Assembly (NCBI GenBank): GCA_017456545.1
Contig: JAFTJE010000007.1
Location: forward strand, 14,118-78,117
Direction: 5' to 3'
Source: Clostridia bacterium
GTDB lineage: Bacteria; Bacillota; Clostridia; Oscillospirales; CAG-272
Length of the DNA: 64,000 nt
Shown in pieces: positions 10,671 to 18,525 of the stretch (position 1 is its first letter; each line of letters begins with the position of its first letter). The position numbers and the translations under genes were made by a program. The notes beneath the pieces were generated by a model. The model did not search any database. It was not told where the DNA came from and saw nothing but the letters and a program-made list of their open reading frames with translations.

Positions 10671-11402
10671 TTAGCGGAATCTGCGTGCGATAAACACGCG
10701 AATTGTAAGGAATACAAACACTCCGGCTACGGAGATATAGTAAATAAGTGCTCCGAAATCAAAGAGTCCGTATGTGAAGTTGTAGAATCTGCTGTATACG
10801 CTGAACCAGTCAAGGATTGCTCTTACGGCAGAGGATGAGATAAAGCTGTTAAAAATGCTGATGCAAAGAAGTGCCGCAAGTACACCGAGTGTAATTACGA
10901 TAGCTGCAAACTGATTCTCTGTAAGGGAGGAAATGAACATACCGATAGCGATAAAGCACATACCTACCAATATAATAGCAAATGTAGAGCCGAGAATCAT
11001 TACAAAGTTGGGGGATGATGTTGAACCGTATGCATCCTCTACCGCATATGCAGAAAGGGGAATGTAGTTGAGCATGGACAAAAGAACAACTATCATAAAC
11101 ATTGCAAATGCCGCAAGGTACTTTCCGAGCACCATCTTAGTTACCGGAACGGGAGCTGTAAGAAGGAGCTGGTCGGTTTTTGTTCTTCTCTCCTCACTAA
11201 AGGTCTTCATTGTAAGGATGGGAAGAATTATAACGAGTATAGCAAGCATGAACAAGAAGTATGTACCTGCCTCGGAGGTAGCCTGAAGAAAGGTTGTTAC
11301 TCCGAACATAGCACCTAAAAGTGCCAAAGAAACTGCGAGGAAGATATATCCGGTAGCAGTTGTAAAATAAGAACGCATTTCGCGCTTAAATACTGCAAGC
11401 AT
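10671..11402 (-). CDS. ABC-2 type transporter permease (GldF-like)
   Basis: 243 aa, about 6 predicted hydrophobic helices, immediately downstream of the ABC ATPase. Confidence 0.7.
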   Translation of the reverse strand: MLAVFKREMRSYFTTATGYIFLAVSLALLGAMFGVTTFLQATSEAGTYFLFMLAILVIILPILTMKTFSEERRTKTDQLLLTAPVPVTKMVLGKYLAAFAMFMIVVLLSMLNYIPLSAYAVEDAYGSTSSPNFVMILGSTFAIILVGMCFIAIGMFISSLTENQFAAIVITLGVLAALLCISIFNSFISSSAVRAILDWFSVYSRFYNFTYGLFDFGALIYYISVAGVFVFLTIRVFIARRFR

Positions 11403-11407
11403 TCCTA

Positions 11408-12355
11408 TTATTCTCCTTTCTTTCCTGTTTTATCTGTGAGCTTAATAAAGATATCCTCAAGGTCGGCACCCACAGCCTCAAGACCGAGAATGGGCCAATC
11501 TCTTGATGCAAGAACTCTGAAGAGCTTCTTTCTGATATCGATATTGGGTGCCCCCTCAACAATGTAAACGAAGGCGTCTGCATCTCTTTCATTGAGGGAC
11601 TCTACCATAACAACTCCGGGAACATTGCGAAGTGCGGATGCAACCTCTCTCTGAGGACCGGAAATCTTTACACGGTAGCGTGAATTTTCGGAAATTGCCT
11701 TTGTAAGGTTCTCTGTCTTCTCGTCTGCAACAATCTTACCGCTGTTAATAACGATAATTCTGTTACACACGGACTGAACCTCTGAAAGGATGTGTGTTGA
11801 AAGAATAACTGTATGTGTCTTACCGAGATTTCTTATAAGGTTTCTCACCTCAATAATCTGCTTGGGGTCAAGACCTACAGTGGGCTCATCAAAGATAATA
11901 ATCGGGGGGTTGCCGATAAGAGCCTGAGCAATACCGACTCTCTGCTTGTAACCCTTGGAAAGATTACGGATAAGCCTGTTCTTTACTCCGAAGATTTTAG
12001 TGATCATACAGATCTCCTCAAGATGCTTCTCCTTATTGAGGTCGCAGCTCTTGAGGTCAAATACGAATCCGAGGTATTCCCATACTGTCATATCCACATA
12101 AAGCGGAGGCTGCTCGGGTAAGTAGCCAATCAGCTTCTTTGCCTCAATGGGATCATCCAAAATATCCTTACCGTCAATAACAACGGTTCCGGAGGTTGAA
12201 GCAAGATATCCGGTAACAATGTTCATAGTTGTGGTCTTACCTGCACCGTTAGGACCGAGAAAACCAACAATCTCTCCGCTGTTTATAGTAAAAGAAATAT
12301 CGTCAAGGGCATACTTTGAACCGTATTTTTTAACGAGATTTTTAATTTCTACCAT
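11408..12355 (-). CDS. ABC transporter ATP-binding protein (GldA-like)
   Basis: Walker A GPNGAGKTT, signature LSKGYKQR, Walker B IIIFDEPTVGLD. Confidence 0.9.
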   Translation of the reverse strand: MVEIKNLVKKYGSKYALDDISFTINSGEIVGFLGPNGAGKTTTMNIVTGYLASTSGTVVIDGKDILDDPIEAKKLIGYLPEQPPLYVDMTVWEYLGFVFDLKSCDLNKEKHLEEICMITKIFGVKNRLIRNLSKGYKQRVGIAQALIGNPPIIIFDEPTVGLDPKQIIEVRNLIRNLGKTHTVILSTHILSEVQSVCNRIIVINSGKIVADEKTENLTKAISENSRYRVKISGPQREVASALRNVPGVVMVESLNERDADAFVYIVEGAPNIDIRKKLFRVLASRDWPILGLEAVGADLEDIFIKLTDKTGKKGE

Positions 12356-12402
12356 TTAGTTTTCCTTTCTGTTTTGTATCATACGATTTTGTAGACTTCT
12401 AA

Positions 12403-12431
12403 AGTATAGCATACATTTCGAAATAAATCAA
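12403..12431 (-). promoter_or_regulatory. Predicted sigma-A promoter of the ABC/GldG/DUF4340 operon
   Basis: On the minus strand: TTGATT, 17 nt, TATACT, with a TG extension (TGCTATACT). Lies about 45 nt upstream of the ATG at 12355. Confidence 0.55.
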
Positions 12432-12716
12432 CATAGAAAATATATATTTTTACATTATTTTTATAGAAAATGCATAAAAATTTGGATATTTTGCCATACT
12501 CCATCATCAAATTTACCACATTTACTTTAATTGTACTTTAATTTATCCTTAAAGGGAGCAGAAACGCCGCAAAGCAATTTAACAGCATGGGCGTTAATGC
12601 CACAATGCCGATTTCTTATCTTTGACCCCATTTCATATTACCTGCTCCCACTGCCCTTTATGTACCGTCAGCCTGTGGTTTATAGTCGGTTTTTGCAAAA
12701 TACCCCTACCTGTGTC

Positions 12717-12756
12717 TGTAAAAGCAGTCAGGCGTCCTTACGGATGCCTGACTGCT
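12717..12756 (-). terminator. Rho-independent terminator after the 12774-13781 gene
   Basis: 11-bp stem AGCAGTCAGGC pairs with GCCTGACTGCT (12723-12733 with 12746-12756). It is followed on the minus strand by TTTT. Confidence 0.7.
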
Positions 12757-12773
12757 GCTTCTTATTTTAATCT

Positions 12774-13781
12774 TTATGCCATTTCATATGCCCATACTCT
12801 TCTGCCTGAGGTAAAGTTACCGAAGATATATTTTGAGCATGCGGACTCTGTCATTACATAAACCTCGCCGTCGATATAAATAATTTCCTCTGCCATAGGT
12901 GGCATTCTTACATCACGGACAAGACATTTGGAATCAAGGTATGTAAGTGGAACATTACTTCCTTCAAAATTAAATGCTCCCACAGAGGCAAGGGATATAT
13001 CATACTCGTAAAGGTGGGATGTGGAAAGGCCCCAGGATGTGGAAAGAAGAATGCTTCCCGTATCACTTATATACATGCCCTGAACCTTACCCGGTGTGGA
13101 ATATACGCACACAGGGGTCTCGCTTTTTGCAAGTCCCGTGTTTATATCAAGCTCAAAAACCGTTATCACAGCACTGTTCTTGTCCCCTGAGGGAGTTGTG
13201 AGCATATGCTCATCGGGGCTTACATATCCACCCTCTGCATAATGGAAGGACCCTGCGTAAAGCTTACCGTCAAAAACCTTGCAGTATGCCGGATTATTAC
13301 CTGTCTTTACCTCTCCTACCTTCGTTATTTTATTATCACCGTCAAAAAGGTCCTTCAAAAGAAATATATCGCATCCGTCTCCACCGGATACATACAAATA
13401 CATTCCGTAATATGTAATTCCACCTGTGTGACCCGTATAGTCGGAGCCGTCTGCCTCCTTCATCTCAACATAATAAAGCTCCTCTCCCGTTTCCTTTGCA
13501 AGAACATAAACTCTGGAGGCACTCTTGTCCTTCATATACCCGCAGGCAAGAAAGCCTGCCTGTCTTTCACGGGCGTTAATGCCACAGGGTACATAAAGCT
13601 CAAAGCCCTGGGGGACATATCCGTCGGAAATACCCGGAGTCGCAAATTTACTGTCGGCGTTATAGAAAAAGTGTGCGAAAATTATTTTTTCGCCCATATA
13701 CACTACAAAAAGAAGGAAAAACAGTATAGCCAGAATAAGTGCTATTGTCCTTACCGTTATTCTCAATGCTTTATTTTTCAT
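12774..13781 (-). CDS. Hypothetical membrane-anchored protein (N-terminal TM helix, Gly/Tyr-rich extracytoplasmic domain)
   Basis: 335-aa ORF with N-terminal TM helix TIALILAILFFLLFVVY. No family recognised by eye. Confidence 0.5.
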   Translation of the reverse strand: MKNKALRITVRTIALILAILFFLLFVVYMGEKIIFAHFFYNADSKFATPGISDGYVPQGFELYVPCGINARERQAGFLACGYMKDKSASRVYVLAKETGEELYYVEMKEADGSDYTGHTGGITYYGMYLYVSGGDGCDIFLLKDLFDGDNKITKVGEVKTGNNPAYCKVFDGKLYAGSFHYAEGGYVSPDEHMLTTPSGDKNSAVITVFELDINTGLAKSETPVCVYSTPGKVQGMYISDTGSILLSTSWGLSTSHLYEYDISLASVGAFNFEGSNVPLTYLDSKCLVRDVRMPPMAEEIIYIDGEVYVMTESACSKYIFGNFTSGRRVWAYEMA

Positions 13782-13920
13782 ATTTTTCTCCTATGTGCTG
13801 CGGTTTTATTTTTTCTATATTTTAACACTTAGTGATATAAATTGTCAATAGTTTATTGATTTTCAGGATTTCTTATGGTATACTTAAAGTAGATATTTTA
13901 TTATAACTCAGGAGTGCAAT

Positions 13921-15147
13921 ATGGATAGAGTAAAAATGGGTATTATAGGTCATGGCTGCCGTGGCTGGGGCCTTCTTGAAATACTACTTTCCCTTGAGGA
14001 TGTGGATGTTATCGCTGTGTGCGACAAGTATGACGACAGAGCCAAGGGTGCCTTTGACAAGGTAAAGGAAAAAAAGGGTAATGAGCCCTTTATGACAACA
14101 GATTACAAGGAGCTCCTTAAGGTAGAGGGGCTTGATGCTGTGCTTATTTCCACAGACTGGGAGATGCACTTCCCAATAGCTATCGATGCTATGAAGGCAG
14201 GTGTCGGAGTTGCCCTTGAGGTTGGCGGTGCTTACTGTCTTAAGGACTGCTATGACCTTGTTGACACATGGGAAAAGACCCGTGTTCCCTTTATGTTTAT
14301 GGAAAACTGCTGCTATAACAGAGATGAGCTTTTAGCCACAGCAATGGCAAGAAAGGGTCTTTTCGGCAGGATAGTATACTGCTCCGGCTCTTACTCCCAC
14401 GACCTTCGTTCCGAGGTTACAAGGGGTAAGGAAAACCGTCATTACAGGCTCCGTAACTATCTTACAAGAAACTGTGAGAACTATCCGACCCATGAGCTCG
14501 GTCCCATTGCCAAAATACTCAATATAAACAGAGGAAACAGAATGGTATCCTTAGTTTCCGTAGCCTCCGGCTCCTTCGGTATGGAGCAGTATGTTGAGGA
14601 CAACAGGGATAATATCAATTCCGAGCTTATCGGTGTCGATTTTGCACAGGGTGATGTTATAAATACCATTATCACCTGCGAAAACGGAGAGCAGATTCTC
14701 ATAAGACTGGACACCTCCCTCCCCCGTTCCTACAACAGAGAGTTTACCGTAAGGGGAACAAAGGGTATGTATGAGCAAAGCTCCAACTCTGTTTACTTTG
14801 ACGGTCAGAAGGAATTTTGGTCACCTCTTGAATACATAGACGAATACAAGAACTCAGCGGAAAAATTCAAGGATATGCTTCCCGACAGCTGGTTTAATAT
14901 AACACAGGAGCAGCTTGACGCAGGTCACGGTGGAATGGATTATATTGAATTCCGTGATTTTGTGGATAGACTGAAGTCGGGCGAGGAAATGCCCATAGAT
15001 GTATACGATGCAGCTGCCTGGATGTGTGTAACCTGTCTTTCCGAGGAGTCCATTAAGGAGGGCGGTATGCCCAAGGCTATCCCCGACTTTACAAAGGGTG
15101 CATATAAAACAAGACCGTCTCTTGATGTGGTAAAATTTAATTTTTAA
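13921..15147 (+). CDS. Gfo/Idh/MocA family NAD-dependent oxidoreductase (GH109-like fold)
   Basis: N-terminal Rossmann motif MGIIGHGCRGWG. 408 aa. AGGAG RBS 6 nt upstream. Confidence 0.7.
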   Translation: MDRVKMGIIGHGCRGWGLLEILLSLEDVDVIAVCDKYDDRAKGAFDKVKEKKGNEPFMTTDYKELLKVEGLDAVLISTDWEMHFPIAIDAMKAGVGVALEVGGAYCLKDCYDLVDTWEKTRVPFMFMENCCYNRDELLATAMARKGLFGRIVYCSGSYSHDLRSEVTRGKENRHYRLRNYLTRNCENYPTHELGPIAKILNINRGNRMVSLVSVASGSFGMEQYVEDNRDNINSELIGVDFAQGDVINTIITCENGEQILIRLDTSLPRSYNREFTVRGTKGMYEQSSNSVYFDGQKEFWSPLEYIDEYKNSAEKFKDMLPDSWFNITQEQLDAGHGGMDYIEFRDFVDRLKSGEEMPIDVYDAAAWMCVTCLSEESIKEGGMPKAIPDFTKGAYKTRPSLDVVKFNF

Positions 15148-15159
15148 TAAGGAGAAAAT

Positions 15160-15849
15160 ATGGATAACGAAAAGAAGACTCAAGCTGAATTAGAAGACGA
15201 AATGGCTGAAAAGGCCCTGCAGTCCTTCCTTGGCATGTCCGAAAAATCCGATGATGCCGAGAATGAAAAATACGAGGAGGCTGAGGAAGTCGAGGAGGCC
15301 GAGGACCCCGAGGAATCCTATGATTCCGATGACACCGATGCCTTAGCAAAGAAATACGAGGACTACGAGGACGAGTATGAGCCCAAGCCTATGAAGCTCG
15401 GCAAATTTGAAATCCTTATATGTGCTCTTGCGGTTTTTGCTCCTGCTCTTTGGACATTAAGTGCATACGGTACTGCCATGATGTGCGGTCTTGCACTTTT
15501 ACTGACGGTTCTTACAAAGCCCGGGAAGGACGCTGTACACTGTGTTGTAGCAAATGCTCTTACCCTCGGCACAATGATTTTTATAAGAATAACACTGAAT
15601 ATCTCAGCCATAATATTTGAGCTTATTATGAACGCATCCGAGCCCGAAAAAACCTTATACGGCTCTGCGTACAATGATTGGGCAGAAACAATTACCTCCT
15701 TCAACGATGTAATGAGTGTAATTAACTCCGTGCTTCACTTGTTGGTGTTTGTTGTATTTATTATAAATGTCTTCTGCCTCATATCCAAGAAGCGTACACC
15801 TATTTTCGGAAAAACTGCAGCTAAGCTTTCCGACAAGGAAGAGGAATAA
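15160..15849 (+). CDS. Hypothetical membrane protein with a highly acidic N-terminal tail
   Basis: 229 aa. The first ~75 aa are Glu/Asp-rich (EEAEEVEEAEDPEESYDSDDTD), followed by about 4 hydrophobic helices. Good RBS AAGGAGAA. Confidence 0.5.
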   Translation: MDNEKKTQAELEDEMAEKALQSFLGMSEKSDDAENEKYEEAEEVEEAEDPEESYDSDDTDALAKKYEDYEDEYEPKPMKLGKFEILICALAVFAPALWTLSAYGTAMMCGLALLLTVLTKPGKDAVHCVVANALTLGTMIFIRITLNISAIIFELIMNASEPEKTLYGSAYNDWAETITSFNDVMSVINSVLHLLVFVVFIINVFCLISKKRTPIFGKTAAKLSDKEEE

Positions 15850-15850
15850 T

Positions 15851-16492
15851 ATGGATAATATTTTTTCTTCCCTTATGGAGAGGCTTGCCGAAAGGCAAAT
15901 ATGCCCCTACTATGCAGAAAACCGTGCAGAGGCTGTAAGCACCGTGCTTTCCATTATTGAAAAATCAAGGATGGAAAAGGGTGTTGATTGCAAGGATATC
16001 CAAATATCCTCCGGTGGCTCCCGTACTCTTGCAGAAATAGATATATTCTCCTCCCTTGAAAAATACAATGTGCTCAATGCCTATGTATCCAAGGACCCGA
16101 AGGAGCAATATGAGGCAAAACGCAGAGCCCTTTTATCCGATGTTTTCCTTATGAGTGCTAATGCAATATGCGAGAGTGGAGAGATTGTAAATATCGACGG
16201 CAACGGCAATCGCCTGGGTGCCTTGATATACGGTCCCGACAAGGTTATTATAGTTGTGGGTAAAAATAAGCTTGTAAAGGACAAAACGGAGGCAATGGCG
16301 AGAATCAAATCCATCGCCTGTGTTAAAAATGCACAGCGTCTTTCCAGAAGGACTCCCTGTGCGGAAAAGGGCAAATGCGAAAGCTGTCTTATCCCCTCCC
16401 AGACTATCTGCGGACATACGGTATACACAAGATATTCCGCTATACCCAATAGAATCCATGTGGTTCTTGTTAATGAGGAGCTGGGATTTTAA
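15851..16492 (+). CDS. LUD-domain (DUF162, LutC/YkgG-like) protein
   Basis: The start at 15851 (MDNIFSSLMERL) has an RBS and lies 2 nt after the previous stop. The segment SANAICESGEIVNIDGNGNRLGALIYGPDKVIIVVGKNKLV is typical of LUD domains. Confidence 0.65.
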   Translation: MDNIFSSLMERLAERQICPYYAENRAEAVSTVLSIIEKSRMEKGVDCKDIQISSGGSRTLAEIDIFSSLEKYNVLNAYVSKDPKEQYEAKRRALLSDVFLMSANAICESGEIVNIDGNGNRLGALIYGPDKVIIVVGKNKLVKDKTEAMARIKSIACVKNAQRLSRRTPCAEKGKCESCLIPSQTICGHTVYTRYSAIPNRIHVVLVNEELGF

Positions 16493-16525
16493 TATTATAG
16501 CCTCCAAAATAAGCCTTATAAGATG

Positions 16526-16566
16526 AGAGATTTTGCACAGAATGGCAAAATCTCTCCTTTTATTAT
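16526..16566 (+). terminator. Rho-independent terminator after the LUD gene
   Basis: Stem GAGAGATTTTGC pairs with GCAAAATCTCTC, followed by CTTTT. Confidence 0.7.
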
Positions 16567-16703
16567 TAAAATATATATAAACATTTAATAAAAATATATA
16601 ATTATTTATTAATTTCATATTGCAATTTGTATAAAAGTGTGCTAAAATGTTGGAGGTAAGAGATGATTTAACTTCATCAAAAATATAACAGGGAGGATTA
16701 GAC

Positions 16704-16928
16704 ATGCCCGAATTCAAATTCAGCATCGTAAAAGAGCTCGGTGCCATTTCCGAGAGCAACAGCGGTTGGGTAAAGGAAGTTAATCTCGTTAGCTGGAACG
16801 ACCGTGACCCTATTTACGATATTCGTGCTTGGCAGGAAGGCCATGAGAAGCTCGGTAAGGGTATCACTCTTACAACAGAGGAGCTTAAGAATCTTAAGGA
16901 ATTGCTCAATACACTTGATATTGACTAA
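16704..16928 (+). CDS. Small YdbC/PC4-like (ssDNA-binding transcriptional-coactivator fold) protein
   Basis: 74 aa: MPEFKFSIVKELGAIS...WVKEVNLVSWNDRDPIYDIRAW. The pattern resembles the bacterial PC4-like YdbC family. It has its own promoter (TTGCAA-17-TAAAAT near 16620-16648) and its own terminator. Confidence 0.5.
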   Translation: MPEFKFSIVKELGAISESNSGWVKEVNLVSWNDRDPIYDIRAWQEGHEKLGKGITLTTEELKNLKELLNTLDID

Positions 16929-16935
16929 TACTTAT

Positions 16936-16965
16936 CGGGTGCCGATATCGGCACCCGTTTTATAT
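16936..16965 (+). terminator. Rho-independent terminator
   Basis: Palindrome CGGGTGCCGATATCGGCACCCG followed by TTTTAT. Confidence 0.75.
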
Positions 16966-17020
16966 TTCTGCGATTATAATCAAAAAAGGACCGTCACAGA
17001 CGGTCCCTTTGCCTTATGCA

Positions 17021-17473
17021 TTAAAACTTAAGATTTCTCTTCTTGATATTATATTCGGAACGGGGATTGATAAAGTTCCTGTAATCGAGCTCTCCCCTGT
17101 CAAGTGCAGTAACAATGATTTCTGCTGTAGCGATATTTGTAGCTACGGGAACATTGTGAACATCGCAAAGACGGAGTAAATTCTGCTCTATATCCATTCG
17201 GGTACCGGCATCCTTTTCCTTATAGGGATTGGCAGCACGGAAATAAAACAGCACATCTATCTCGTCAAAGGCAATCCTTGACGCTATCTGCTGTTCTCCA
17301 CCGTGAGTACCGGACAAAAGCTTTTCTATCTTAAGGCCTGTCGCCTCGGAGATATATGCACCGGTTGTGCTGGTGGCGCAAATAGAATGCTTACTCAAAA
17401 TACCGCAATATGCGATACAAAGCTGTGTTATCAATTCTTTTTTAGTGTCATCTGCAATAATGGCAATCTCCAT
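17021..17473 (-). CDS. Methylglyoxal-synthase-like (MGS domain) protein, probably non-canonical
   Basis: The start at 17473 (MEIAIIADD...) has a GGAGGG RBS 7 nt upstream. Overall similarity to MgsA includes ATSTTG, GLKIEKLLSG and LRLCDVHNVPVATN. Residues I recall as catalytic differ; see findings. Confidence 0.6.
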   Translation of the reverse strand: MEIAIIADDTKKELITQLCIAYCGILSKHSICATSTTGAYISEATGLKIEKLLSGTHGGEQQIASRIAFDEIDVLFYFRAANPYKEKDAGTRMDIEQNLLRLCDVHNVPVATNIATAEIIVTALDRGELDYRNFINPRSEYNIKKRNLKF

Positions 17474-17697
17474 AAAGCAACCCTCCTGAATTATCAATAT
17501 ATATTATCATACCACATATATAACGCCTTGTCAATAAATTTTTATCAATTTTTTGGCATTTTAGACAAAAGGTAGGTGTTTTTTTGCCCTTTTTACAAAT
17601 AAATTCGTGTTTTTGCACAACTGCATCTCCTTCAGGCAAAAAAAGGGCTGCCTCAATAGACAGCCCTTATGTTAATCTGTAGGATGCAAAATTTTTC

Positions 17698-18525
17698 TTA
17701 TGCCTCGTAGCATTCAAATATAATTCCACGGAAACCGTTTTTGTTTGCAGTCTTCTCCTCCTCGGCTGTACGAATGGTCCAGGCAAAAAGCACAGGACGG
17801 AAAACACGCTTTACAAATCTCAAGGTAAAGGACTTTTTATATTCCCAATGGTTAAAGGAAACAAAATCGGGTCTGCAAAGAAAATTAAGGAGCAGGTTTT
17901 TAAGCACAAAGTAAAGTGGCTTTCTCATTTCCTTTTTTCTCATGTAGTTATCCGAGAGAATGCCACGCACCACCCTTGGCATTTTTTTCTTAAATGTGGC
18001 TACTGCTAAAGGGTTGAAGGACTGTATCATATAGTCCCCCTTATAATTCTCCAGTACCTCAGCCGTGGCTGTGGCTACATCTCCCTCTCCCACATCCTGT
18101 TTTATCTCTATAAGCAGAGGGACTCTGCCGTCCACAAGGTCGAGAACCTCCTTGAAGGTTGGAATCGTATCCTCCGTTTTACCGAGCTTGATTTCCTTGA
18201 GCTCGGCACAGGTGAGGTCAACCACTCTTTTGTCAATATTGCATACACGGTTAAGGGTTGCATCGTGAAACACCATCAGCTCTCCGTCCTTGGAGAAACG
18301 GACATCTATCTCTATACCGTAGCCCTTTTTTATAGCTCTTTCAAAGGCTGGTACAGAGTTTTCCTCGGCTGTATCGTTGTGCAATCCACGGTGGGCATAC
18401 TTATATTTCAAAAACGGCTTTACTGCTTTTTTGTTAAATCTCGGCTTTATTGCGAACAAATAAAGAATAAACAGAAGAAGAAGCACAGAGCCGATAGCTA
18501 TAAGCACTATATAAATAGGGTCCAT
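17698..18525 (-). CDS. Glycerophosphodiester phosphodiesterase family protein, membrane-anchored
   Basis: AHRGLH...ENSVPAFERAI...GIEIDVRFSKDGELMVFHD motifs, plus an N-terminal TM helix. Confidence 0.8.
   Translation of the reverse strand: MDPIYIVLIAIGSVLLLLFILYLFAIKPRFNKKAVKPFLKYKYAHRGLHNDTAEENSVPAFERAIKKGYGIEIDVRFSKDGELMVFHDATLNRVCNIDKRVVDLTCAELKEIKLGKTEDTIPTFKEVLDLVDGRVPLLIEIKQDVGEGDVATATAEVLENYKGDYMIQSFNPLAVATFKKKMPRVVRGILSDNYMRKKEMRKPLYFVLKNLLLNFLCRPDFVSFNHWEYKKSFTLRFVKRVFRPVLFAWTIRTAEEEKTANKNGFRGIIFECYEA

Noticed and set aside
12531-12861. Two overlapping 79-aa ORFs lie in the orphan intergenic region.
   Set aside because: They have unnatural composition and no RBS, and they span a terminator hairpin. 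The region is treated as non-coding (see the finding for the possible RNA).
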